From positions 4,841,244 to 4,905,243 of the forward strand of contig CM082597.2 of assembly GCA_040954595.2 (NCBI GenBank): a DNA stretch of 64,000 bases. Reading direction: 5' to 3'. The notes under the pieces were generated by a model. That model did no database searches. It was not told where the DNA came from and saw only the letters and a program-made list of their open reading frames with translations. Shown here one piece after another: positions 1 to 13,500 of this stretch (the stretch's first letter is position 1; each line of letters starts with the position of its first letter). The DNA comes from Balanoglossus misakiensis. Taxonomy: Eukaryota; Animalia; Hemichordata. A program made the position numbers and the translations under genes.

Positions 1-3000
1 GCAAAAATAACCTGTTTTACAGTATTTGCAGCTATATTTTTGCGTTTATTTCCTCTGATCACGTGTCTGCATTTAACCTCCTTGCGGCTGCAGCACTCAC
101 ATCTCAAAGTGAAGCAATTCCAAATATTTATATGGGAGGGAGCGCTTCCTGTCAAACAGTTGATTTCGCAATAACCAAGTCGACTTTAATACTGTCCTCG
201 TTCCTTCTATATAAACGCCGCATTTGATGGGTTTAGTCTTTGATTATGTCGCGGCGATGTGCCGAGAATACTGATTTTTAAATCCACAAACTTGGACAAG
301 AAAGGAATATCCATTTCCTGTCATGGTAAAAATGAGAACAAAGCTGTCGGTATGGCGAAACGTTACCGTGACAAAAAGATGTCAAAAACCCTAGTTGAAA
401 CTCAATCAATCATGTGCCACAGCTGGTGTTTTGAGTGAATTTGGGTTGATTGATAATTGCCCGATGTAAAACCAGTCATGAAGGTTCCAGACATGATGAA
501 CCAATGGTTGTCATTTCTGCTAAATGTACGGACTATACATGTACGTGTATCTGTCAGCGGAGAAAACTCAAAAATGCACAACGCGACAGGTCTAACACGT
601 CAAACCATGCAAGCTTTTAAGCTCACTGCCAAAGTAGTCCTCTGCAAATAGTCCACCGAGATAAAAGTTGTGCACACAATGAATACATAAGATTGAATTT
701 GAATATGAGGAGTTTTTCCCTGATTGCGGGCTTCTTTGTTAGCATTGCACTTCTCACACTCAAAAACACACAGTGTGTGTTTAAAAAATAAAAATGAAAG
801 GTACTTCACGATAGGCAATGCCATTGTTTGAAGACTTTGTCACTGTATGACGCCATATTGAAATGAACATGTCATATAAATCGCTTTGGTCACAGTGAGT
901 GTTTTTTGCGAGAAAACTGGTATTCCTTATAGAAGTTTGGCCATATATTGACATGGAATAAAGATCTTTGTAATTTATTCATACGGAAAATGACAGGATC
1001 ATGAAGTTAAAAAGACCCGAGGCAAGTATCAGGCTGATCCTATTTGCAATACTACCGGTACATACCTGAATATTAGAGATTACTAGGGCAGGTCATATTG
1101 CGTTTTAATCCAAGTGACTGAACCAGCAGGGTCACCTGGAGATTAGAGTGCTGTTCAGGAAATATCCCAGTTTCCTGTGTTTGAGTCACGACACCTTACG
1201 CCGTTGTCTCCTTCATGATAAAAATAGCCTTTCAAATGTCAACAGGAACACATTCAACTGCTTGATCTAAAAACACGCTGGTTTATCATGTGGGTCACGA
1301 AAAGAATCGGATCTTATATCCGGATTGGAATTGACGTGTTGAATGAAGACAGTACAGGGTGACGCTGAACAGTGTGAGGTGTGTCTACATGTATAAACTA
1401 ATACCGGATAAGAAAGTCAATGTCTGGGTATATGACACTTTGCTGTCACAAGATCTATAGACATGCTGATCAGAACACCAATGTTAGTTCTGTTGAAGCC
1501 TCAGCAACGTGAGAGAACTTTCATTAGGGAAAACACTGAGTCATTACTTTCACAGATAAAATACTAGTACAGTGGCAATACAGACAGGTATTGCAATTGG
1601 CATCACAATACGCGTGTTGAATGGTGAATTCTTTTTAAACATGTAAGCTCCTATACGTGTCTTGTTGGTTTGGGGGTTCAATATACTGACGTGTATAGTA
1701 GTATGACGTCATTATTTAGGATAGTTCCGATCTTTCACAATACCTATACCTAAAGAGAATAATGCTTTACAATGTCCTACATAGCCTTTTCCCCACCCAA
1801 CACCATCTGGTTCCACACGGAGTCCAGGCATGCGACAGTTGTGTGTATTTACATTGTTCATTTAAGAATCGCTAATGTAGAGAAATTCATGACTCTATTG
1901 TACACTGCCTCCATTTTATATTCGACACAGAGTATACTATATGTGTTTGGTTCAAAATGGTCAAAGGGTTTTATTTTCCTTTGATTCTGCCGACCGAACT
2001 TTTGTCCATTAGGCCATAAAATGACAATAAACCTAGGTCCATAAAAACATGACATATGGTTTCATTTGAGTTTCCACAAGCATGGTGGTAGGTTTGCTAA
2101 TGCGCATATGGTTTTCAACACAATCAAATCACTGATAAATATGCCGAAGGGACTTGCCTGTATTTACCTGTTACCACCACGCGCCCAAGGGCAGTTGCGC
2201 TAGTGTGTTTAATTGTAAACAATATTTAATGAAAATTTGATTTACATTTTATAGTATTTCCGTGAGGAATATAAATTGTAATTTTTAACTATTTACCCTT
2301 CGATTCAAGGTACATAACATTGCTAATCGAGGATAACCTTAATTTTACCGTGAATGGCCGGGGTATTGTTGGCCAGGTAACACATTTTGTAATGCTCACT
2401 CTAATTGGTTGGCATGAATGAGTTGGTTAGGGAGTCTTTACCAGCCCGAGGCCAACCTGAGACCGGATGATGGCGCTCGGATACCATACACGTAACCGGT
2501 TATCTGTAATAGCGAACTATATACTATGACCGGCTAATGCACCTGTCTTCCACACTGTATTTCATAGCACACACTTCCTAAACCCCACTTCTACTGCATC
2601 ACTTTTATGTGGCCCCTTTATCTGTGACTTCTTGGAAAAAGCAGACAGCTGGCGCCGATGCTGCACGTCACCTGAACTACAAAACATGCCGAATAATGAA
2701 TAAAAACACAATCGCCATGGAAAATATGAGAGTCATACGATATATTATCCTCCTAATGTGGTAATAATGATGTAACTAAAAACTGATCGATGTCGACCGA
2801 GTAAGCCTTTCCTGCTCATAAGCTCTATATAGTATCACCATATTATTTTGACATAACAGTACCCTGACTCGTAAAGAAGATACATTAAACATATCAAATA
2901 ACAATATGTCTAGACATTAAGATTAGTTATTTACCTATGTCAACACATGGGTTTGCAAGCGTTTAATTGATACATTGATATAACACAGCTTCAAGACTGC

Positions 3001-4339
3001 CCATTTTCTCTTATTCACTTTTCGGAAGTACGTAAATAGCACAATTTCCTTGAAACGCGAATGAATGATTTCTTAAGCTTCCACCGGACACAAAACAGAC
3101 ATTCACGGAAGGAAACCATATATTGCTCGGGAAATGGTTACGCATGGAATTGATATAAAAACTGCATCATGTCGCCACATGACGTGATCGGGTATAAGAC
3201 AGCGAAACATGCATTTAAATTGAAACTACAGGCCAGTTCTTCATGCGTACATTTTAGCATTTAGAGAGCAGAAAGAGATCGATAAATAGCTTATCAATCT
3301 TTGAATATTTCATATCAATTCGATCTAGTCGGTTTGTTTTCAATTTTTACCATAGAAACAAATTAAGCGATCCTTCATTCTAAATGGATGCCTAGTTAAT
3401 ATACCGGTACATACAGGAATGCATTTCACCATGGAAATTAACTGAAAAGTGTAAATATAGTTGCCAACAAAGCAGAATTCATTATTCGATTACAGTAAGC
3501 CAACAAACAGTAAGCAGAGGAATGAATCTTTTGGGATAACACACTCCTTTGATTCTAGTGTGTGAAGGTTGACTCCAGAAGGCGGCACTTAACAAAGGCG
3601 TAGTCATGTTAAAGTGAACAGAATAAAAATGCAATTCTGTCGTAGACTGTAACATTGCGCACCGCAAATTAAAGCCCCACTTTCGCTAACGTTTAATATC
3701 CTCAGGGTCGTTAACATCGTTTATTGCCGTATGATCAGCTGTTTCTTTCTGTGGCTGTCAACTCTCCGAATACAAATTTATCACTTTAATGGGTGACCCA
3801 CTTTCAAATGTACAATGCGCCATAATGGGGTGAAAACGTGACCCAGTAAATGTGGTGACTATTATGTTTTGTTTTAATCAACCTGACAATTCGGTGATAC
3901 TGTGATAGGAAAACTTCTTGTGAAATAAACCAGTCTGTCGGAAATCGCGGCGCCAACAAGTTAATATGGAAATGAATCGACAGTAATAGAGAGAATATTA
4001 AAAGCAATTAACAGGAAGTAGTTGTATCATTGGTTTCATGGGCTCTTCAAATTATATACCTTATATTATATATTACAATTAGAGTGATAATGTATTTAAA
4101 AGTGGAAGCAGGAACGCTATTATGAAATACCATGACCTTTACTTAGTCTCCTGATATGAATCTGTTATCTGTTGCTGAATGTCAACTCCATGATTATTGC
4201 GAGGGGGGGGGGGGGCGAGAATGAATGAAGAAGGATAGTGTGATTGACGTACTTGTAGCTAGACTGAAGGCCAGAAAAAAAGATATGCATAGCTCAGTAT
4301 ATCGCTATGCACGAATGAGTGGATATTGCTTGGTTGTTT

Positions 4340-4490
4340 AATTGATTGAATGATCGATCGATGGCTTACATGTGGTTATGATGGATGGATGGTTTGACAG
4401 GGTAAAATTGGTAGACCGGGCTTGATGGATGGATTTGTGCATGCATTTTACGATTGATTGATTGAAGAGTGCATTGGTGGATGCATGGAC
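4340..4490. repeat. Decayed (GATG/GATT)n tetranucleotide repeat
   Basis: Scattered gattgatt, gatcgatc and gatggatg units. Confidence 0.55.
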
Positions 4491-7400
4491 AGAATCTACA
4501 AAACTCGAGCAATATGTTTGTTTTTGAGATGTTACCGCACGTCAGTTTGTGGCCTGTTCTATATGGATTTTGAAAACTTGCTTATTTGCATAACGGAGGT
4601 ATACAGCCTGAATAAATGAACCTGGAACTGATATTTTTACATGTAATTCCTCGGAATAAGCAAACTTTAAAAAGTCTTGTCAAAATCCTTCTTGGATTAT
4701 TTCATTTAAGGCATGGGTGCCAAGTTTATCGAGTCATCTGTACTTATTTTATTGTGTGTCTCCTGTTTCAACAGAAATTATTGCGTGCGGCGTGAACATC
4801 TGAAATAAAGGAAAGAAGCCGAATGTTGAATTTTCCTGCGACATAAGAGCTGTACTGTCAGAAGTCCAGGAACGTGACGATCTGCTATTGCAACAAATCT
4901 TAGCACTTTTACCCGTTTTATGTCAGCCGCCGGCGAAGAGCCTGAAGTTAGCGACAAAGGGTTGTACAATTACAAGTCCATTTTCACTGATGCATTTTCA
5001 CTGATGCAGTCTGAGTTTGCTATCTGAAGGGTTTGGCAGTCACAGTCAACTGTAAAGGCACCGTCATCTCTGGCTTTACCTGGACGGCCATTCTGCCACG
5101 CCGGTCGTTTAAAGTGTTGTCTCCTTTCTATTGTTAAATACACGCAGCTTTTGCAGATAACACAGCGAATGAAGCTAATTTTAACGAAGCTAATTTGGAC
5201 AGCGCTGTGAGAATATGTAATGCAAATACTCTAGGTGAAGCCAAAGTCACGTGGAGAAGCAATGTAGTGGAAGGGAGAGGCATGCAGATAATGGTGTCTC
5301 TCGAATAAAAGGGATGTTAGAATTCACGCACGTTTGCATTGCACAACCGTGGAAACAGAAGTAGAAGATTTTGGTACAACCAAACTTTCTCATGTAGTAT
5401 GGTGTGGTGTGGCGAAGAATATCAGCAGTTAAACTGTCACTAGCTTAGTTGATTGCCCGTTATCACCAAAATCCTAAAATATGAGGGCGAACACCGGTTC
5501 CATATAAGCATCAGGGCACACTCGCTTGTTGCTACAAACTATTCATCTGGTGCTATCTAGGCATTTGTGTCGCAAACACACAAGTTTAATATATAGGCTT
5601 TTGATAAAACAGGTGATATCTGGCCCGTCATCTACGGAAGAAGCAAGCCTGCAAATACGTGCACTATCTCGGAATCGTCTGTGAGAGAAATCCAAACGGC
5701 GGTTGAAAAAAAACACACCTGGATTGAGTCTCGCTTGCAAGAACACACCCAACAGACAGTGCAAATGATAGTAAATACTGTTATCATCTTAATATATCAA
5801 CAGGCAAGAACTCAGGTTTGTCTTATCGCAAACAAGCCGTTTCTCTAAAGCGAAAGAAAACGTGACAAACGCTGGCCAACATTGATGTTATCACGCTGAT
5901 TGGACAAATAGATAATTCGTAACAGATAATGAAAGATATTACCAGCAATACACCCACTGAATTTATTACAAAATGTTTTTATAATCGTGTCAAAGTGGTT
6001 TGTATCCATGGAAACAGGAAAGTGGATTATACAAACCTCGTCAGGCCAAGCGTTTTTATCGAAAAGTGCATGCAGTACCCCACTGAAGAAGAAGTCGGTT
6101 AGCGTAATATCATAGGCTATCCAATTTCAAAAGTGCATTTACCGGGTACCTTCAAATTTTAGAATAGTTTCCCTGATTGCATAATATAACATGGTTTTAT
6201 GTTGATATGCATAAATACCGCCCCCTGTGTTGTAACAGGATATTCTTTATCCTGAATGAGATGACGTCACCAAAATAACTTGGCTTGATTTTGGTTATAT
6301 TTTAATTATTTAACGTTGTAGCCTGTATTTTAACTTACTGGCATAGTCCTTAGATGGGTATAGGAAAACTGGAATGTTGAGAATCGAACCAAAACATGTT
6401 GACTATTTATACATGACATGTATAACACTTTCCTTTCCTATACAGAGACTGGTATATACTGAGACTGGTAAAATGTAGGTTCTCAATTCTCAGGACCACA
6501 AAAATAACACACTTCCCGGAAAGGTATCATCGCAGACCATTCACCGTGTAATATGGCCTTTCTGTCGAACCACCGGGGTGGAATTATTCTAAATAGCACT
6601 TTAAGTGGAAGACGGTAAAAATAGGAGGAAGCATAATTGCCGGTAAACTGTACTGCAAGTACAATGCCGCCTGTAATTTAGTCGAAATGCACAGGTGCAC
6701 TATCATATGCCAATTTAGTTAAACGTAGCATAATGTTGGCAATGGTCTTCGCTTGGTGTAGTCTATCCAGCCGTATGTCGTCATGTGTGTCTTCCAAAAC
6801 TTAGTGCGGGAACATGGCCAGATACTAGACACAGCTTTGAGCGTGCTGCGGCCATAACCTTTTTTGAGAAACCCTTCAATGCTAACTCGATCCGCACATT
6901 GATGACCCACTGTTGTACTGTGTGTTAACTTAACTAGATAGCGGGACCTAGAAGTGTTGTCATAACAATGCCAGTACTCAAATCAAATGCCGGCTGGCCA
7001 GGACCAAGTGTGAGTGAACCGCGGGTAGTGTTTGTGTTGGTGACAACCAGAGTACTTGCACTTTTGCTAAGATCTGTCAAAACCGTACCGCAAGTCTTAC
7101 AGCAGAAAAAGGTGTGAAAAAAACACAATACACTACCAACGTCTTGGCAACCACTGGTGACTCCTTGGGTGAGAATCATCTTAAAAGCATCATGTGACCC
7201 CGTTGCAACCTTTCTGCTGCATCCGTTTCGAAAATATAATATATCGACGTAACAAGTCCAGGCGGAACTTGTCTGTGACAAGTAGTGCCCTATTTGTGTG
7301 AATTGCTTTTGAGTAAGTGATAGAAGCCCATTACCGCCTTATTCATGTCTTGTACCCACACCCTACCCCTTTTAACTTGTTTCCGGGTACGTGACGTAAA

Positions 7401-8310
7401 AATGTTAATGATATATAACATATCTTTCCAGGTTGGCTTCTCCATCAACACAACCTGGAGACCTTATCATTGAATACAGCATATATTAATTATTATTGTC
7501 AAAGACTTGCAGTTACAACTGGTAAAATAATTTAAATTCAGTGTGTTTATTTCATAGTAAGCTGAATTGTGGTGGTGGCGACATAACTGCGATTGTGGCC
7601 ATCTATATTTAAAATGTTATATGCCAATATTTCATTTATATAGTCAGTTTGACTGTAAAATTTTAAAAAGCCTTTCTCTACAGAAATCATGATTTGTATG
7701 TTTCAAGTTACAAGATAGGTGGCAGTGCAATCTTTCTGCCATGTCATTTACATAACTTATAATAATGCCAGTACTTCAGTTACAAGCAAATACAACACAG
7801 GAGGAAAATGAACCCACAGTTTCCAAGAACATCATCCAAAAGTACCAACTTTAAAGTATGTTCAGCTTTCCTGATAATTTTCTGCAATACATTATGCATA
7901 GTCAACACTCAAGAACCATATTTTATTGATAGCTTTAAGTGGTTGCCAGGGGGTCTCATTTGCCACGGACATCTGCTTCCCACAACCTCCCCCCCCTCCC
8001 CCCCCCCTACACAAACAGAAAGATGCGCCATCGGTAGACAGACACCTAAATTGGAAATTATTTCAGGAAGAACTTATCATACTTTAGTACAAATAAATAA
8101 AATTATACCAAGACTTTCCTCATTTGCTTACATTGACACATGGAAAATTTACTGGCATGATATAATTACAAATAAATTAGGCAATACATAATATAATGTG
8201 TTATGGATGTTTCATATCAAGATCTAATTTCAGTGAGTGATATAGATGTCATGCATGCAGACGTAATTTATTTAACTAATCCCATCTATAGGCAATGATT
8301 ATCGTATGTT

Positions 8311-8375
8311 GCGTATTTTATTTACATACTGAACTGGTTGTATTTTGCATATTTTATTCACATACTGAACCAGGT
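8311..8375 (+). repeat. Short tandem duplication (~37 bp)
   Basis: gcgtattttatttacatactgaactggt followed by gcatattttattcacatactgaaccaggt. Confidence 0.7.
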
Positions 8376-10527
8376 ATTAAGAATGGGTCCAGTAAGCAAA
8401 TTCTTTGTCTGTTTTTTGTTTCACTGTACACTATCACACACACGGCTAAATGTTCAGATTTAATTATTATCAAATAACTGAACAAGACTTCATCTTAAAA
8501 CCTACAGTCTGCCCGTCATATGCACTCTTCGTTGCAACTTACATGTGCTTAAGGGATTACCGCTGACAATTTAAAACGACTGTACACACGGATCCAACAT
8601 GCTCCGAGTACATGTAAGAACCTGGAAGATGTCGATCGATGTTTATCAACATTTCTCTGGAGGAAGTGCCATTAACATCAATACATCGTGGTCAAAGGTT
8701 AATAATATCTGCAGTCGGTCGCATTTTTGAGTATGTCGATGGAAACATCCACATTCCTGACACAGCAAGTTTAATTTAATCATTTGTTGGAATTTATAAT
8801 TTCAGTGGTACAATGTGTACCACCAAATGCTTATTATTATTTTCATGTCAAACTGTTGAGAGGGAGTTTAGTGCCTGTCGCTAGCCAAACAGGGAGTCCG
8901 TGCTTTGAAAAATCTCCCTCAGTTTCTATACACATGAATATATAATTTATAGGCCTATATCCAGGTTATATAAAAGTTATAGTGCATTGAAAAGTAACAT
9001 GCTAATCTTATCAGTTACTCACATATGTAAGTATGGAGTATAAGTTACATCAACCACAGACGTGCTCCTATCTCTGTTTATCATACTCTGATTTATTACA
9101 TATATCAAATTTCATAAAAATCATGATTACCTGGATACAATTATCTAAGATGCTTCCAGGCCTTAATTATTGCACTATCTTATAGCAGACCAGGGGATTT
9201 ACCTGATATCAATAGAAGATTTAATTTATTGTTTAATTTCGTGCGGTCTGTAATTCATATAAGACAGTAACATTTAATGAGAATAAATTTCCATTCCACG
9301 CATGCCTTGGGGATATGATAGGGAATATAAATATAGATTAACAAATTATGGCTCATAGCCGTATAGTTAACTGTGTTTTGACGTTTTGATGGCCGGGTAG
9401 TTTTATATCAGGAATGAGTGGTCATGCTCCTTTGTTATCTATCTGTATTCAGTGTTCATTTTCAATTAGTTATTTGCAATGGCCGGGAAATGCTTCTTCC
9501 TGTGACATAAAATAGCCATTAATGCAATGGGCATAGCATAGCATTTTCCCTTCCTCTGCTAATATTCCAAAGACCCAACTGTATTATATAACTCTACAGC
9601 CGTTTGACATTTTAAGACGAATACCTAGACCAAATCACACAGCATTTTAATTCTCAACTCTCATGTTACCAAAAGCAATATTTCAAATCAAAACCAGTAT
9701 AGCTGGATTTTAAACATGAAGAGTTGAAAGTCCAGCTGGACATTATAAGATAATGTTGGGAATGTGCATGTCTGATTTGTACTCTCATTTGCTGTGGAGA
9801 ATCTTCAAGCCGAGTGTATGATGGCTCGACCGATTACTTTCTTTCAAAGATATGTCCCTAAATGCACTCTTTCTCTTAATGGACTTGGAAATGAATACAG
9901 CCAGTGGGCACCAGAGAGTAGCAAAGGCACTTTGACATGTAAATGCAGCTAAATTATGGAACCCGATTAATGGAGGAACACTTATTCCTGTCCGCGGCTC
10001 AATTGAATCGGGGTCAAGACAACTAACTGAGAGACCCACTTTCTTTCTGTCAGATCATTAGTTATACGCATCCATGCAAGTGTGAGCATGATGCTGATCT
10101 GGAACAAGAAACACATCAACACCTGTGAATTGCTAGTCTTTCATCGCAGCCCTATATTCAGAAATACATGCCGTGGGCTATAATTTGTACCTTTTGATCC
10201 GACGTTGATGAAGAATGCAAGAAGCATGTTATCTAGATGATAATGGAAGATGGAGAGAGGGAATGGATGGTGATTTGTAGCCTGGACATAATTGCTTTTC
10301 CGACTTATGTGCATAGCCATAAATACCTCGATTTTTCATAATTTTTTTAATAAGCAGAAATGAGAAGGTCTGTTGCTCACATAGAATACATCTAAAATAT
10401 ATATGTCTGTTCTAATTTCTTAATTTGCAAATGTTAAGTTAAGGGAGCCTTCAGTATTTACAGGGGGGTTGGCCCCTTTTACAAACCAATCTTTAGGAGA
10501 GGGTGACTTTTTACAAATCTATCTTCG

Positions 10528-10597
10528 ATCATCATCATCACACTAAAACCACCAAAACCACCACCAACGACGCCGTCACCATCATAATCATCATCAC
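10528..10597. repeat. Decayed (CAT/CAC)n trinucleotide repeat
   Basis: Direct reading. Confidence 0.6.
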
Positions 10598-13500
10598 AGA
10601 ACAAAAGAAACAGCTTCTGGCTTATCGCTTTTTATGATAATCCCCAAACTCCACTCAAGAGTGTAATCGACTGTTCAACAGATCGAGGAAACCGAATAAG
10701 TCCATTTGCGGATGGAAATCATTTACCGTCCACTACCTTGCATCATTATTCAACACACATGCAGACTGTTAGCGGTTCTTTGCAAAAAAATTGCAATGTG
10801 TACACACACCTGTTGGCGCTGTTCCGTGAACAGATGTAGTTTATATTATTCAGTCTCCGATGTGTTTTATTTGGAAATTGTCAAAATAATTGATCAGTTT
10901 TGCAGACTGACCATCTGTACTACAATTGTCTTTCTTTGATGGAGGGAAGCAAATGCCAAGGCTTTTCATTTGACATGATGTTGCAGTTCCTAAAAGAAGT
11001 CGCGACACATACGTTACCAAATTACAACACGTCGACAATTAAGGACTGTGTGCGAAAACATCATTAGTTTTCATTGCTATGGCGACGTTGGTTTTTGACA
11101 TATGAAACCCCAATTACAACATGATGCGTGAAGCCACTGTGACCTTCAACATGTCACACCCACAACCGATTTCATTTTTCCTCGTCAATTCTATCAAAAT
11201 GCAACTCCATGATTAAGGTTATTTGCTTTCTGGTTTTCAATGGTACGAACATTATCAGCAATACTCATTACAATAACCTATTAAAGCATATACAAAGTGC
11301 ATCATGTTTGTACATGTATGTATGTAAATATTCATACATTGTATGCAATTCGACAGCACCTTGAATGTGGTACCCACTCTTATTGCAATTACCTCTTAGA
11401 TTCCAGAAAAAGCAGTAAATATAGCAAACGAAATTGCTGTAATGCATGTAAGTTCGGTTGCTAGGCGGATTAAAATGGCACAAAAGAGAATATCTGCACT
11501 GTGAAATTTGTTCAACAAAACCAAGTACAAAACTGCAAGCCATATTCGAAATGAAGGTACACAACCCTTCGGTCACACAATGAAAACTACCCTGTTACCA
11601 TGACCGATGTCTGCACGTGAGCCTCGAGTTTCGCTTAGGCGTCAGAAAACGGGTCATTATGAAGTGTGTTGAATGACGCTCCTTTTGAACTTGATGAGTG
11701 ACTGGAAACAGCTCTAACGATTATACATATTTGCAGGAACATGCCAAACCTCCAGGGCCAAGTGTTGGCCTCGACAGATTCTATATAGCCCTCCAGTGTT
11801 TGTGTTTTGAAAGTGAAAAAGCAGTGTAGTAGATACGAGTGCCGACAGCTTCACAGGTGGGGTTTCCTTTGTATTGTATTGCCGCAATGTCCTTCACTGC
11901 TTTCTAAACGAGTGGCTGTTGAATTCGACACGAAGAGCAGAATTTCGCATTCGATTCTTGCGGGGATAATCTCCACAAATACCACACACACACAGAAGTC
12001 ATTTTCGCCACACTGCCAATGACGAGGCGTTAGATTTTACGACTCAAATTGCATTTTTGTCACGAGTAACGGAAATTAAAGTCGTCGCTTGGGCAAAACA
12101 CCGCAGTCATAAATCACTGCGATAACACATCTAACCAGTCAAGTAGCCCCGAACCCCCCAGCATTTTCTATTAGAATCCCCCCGGATCCTTGACTGCGAA
12201 GTGTTATCACGTGACGCGTAGTGAGGGGACAGTGTGATGCGAGACTCCCAATGACATCGACGTCAGCTCAATCATCATCCGCGTGAAACGTGAAACCAAA
12301 GTGTGCAGTATCAGCGAATTTCTACCGATCGTGTTTCACCCACTCGCTCAGGCTGTCTGTGTTTCCAGCCCCTCACTGCGTGTATTTCAGTGTACAACCT
12401 TCACAGGGAAGAAGAGCACACGTGTTTCCATTTTCTCAATTGCGCTGTCTGTCCAACTCAGAGATTTACAATGTACCGGTATGCTTGAAACGATACGCAG
12501 AAAAAATAGGAGACGTTTTATTCTGGTCTGACATAAACATCAGTGCCAAAATTTCTTGATGACAGGGAGGGACGAGCCACATCGTATATTCTTTTCAGGG
12601 TCTGTCTCGTCTGAATTTCCGCCAGCAGGAAAAATATAGTGGAGGATATGCGAAATCAATGTATGTGTAGGTGTCAGGAAAGAGAGTGTTTATCGCAGTG
12701 ATGACGACACATGGTACGTCAGTATGGATCGTAAAATGCAAGGGATATATGTATTGGCAAACATCAACCCGCAGTCATCGTAAAATTCAATCTCTGCTTT
12801 TATCGCGTGCACCTTTATGAAACCTGTGCAGATTTCCCAGAGCCGTATAACATGCGAGTGTAAGCATCGGCTACACGATCGCGCTGTATTAAGTGGAGCG
12901 AAACATCATGTGAAGTACACGTAAGACGAACGCTCGTACAACGGACAGATACAAACATTGACAGGAAAGATATTTTTGATCAGGGGCAACTCTTTCTTTG
13001 GGAGAAATGACACAGTGTGTAAAACCAGCTTCAACAAGCTGAGGGTGTTAGGATACTCATAAATGACATTCATCGGGGACCAGTAAAATGAAATTGCACT
13101 TATAAGCGAAACCGACCGTTTAAAATTCTTGGGGAAAAATTGGGGATGCAATTGAAGGGAGAGAAACACAAATTGAATACTTACATGTGCAGCACACGAT
13201 GGCGATTGGCGATGTACAATATCGATGCAAAAATCGTTATTAAGATGCGATGGGAAGAGCAGCTTCTCGCTTGCCCGAAGTGTTGCCCAAGATTAACACG
13301 CGTGACTCCAGAATCGAGTAGCCCTATCTCAGTGTATTTTTAACTCCTCAATCTCCCTAAGTCTGCACTAAAAAGAGACCTAATACGCACTTGTGTAAGA
13401 ATGATGAAGAAATGTCACTTGTGTGAACCCCCTTCCTATGATAATGGCAATCAGAGGCAGACCTTGCATGGAAGTATTTCATGCCATCAAAACAATTCCG

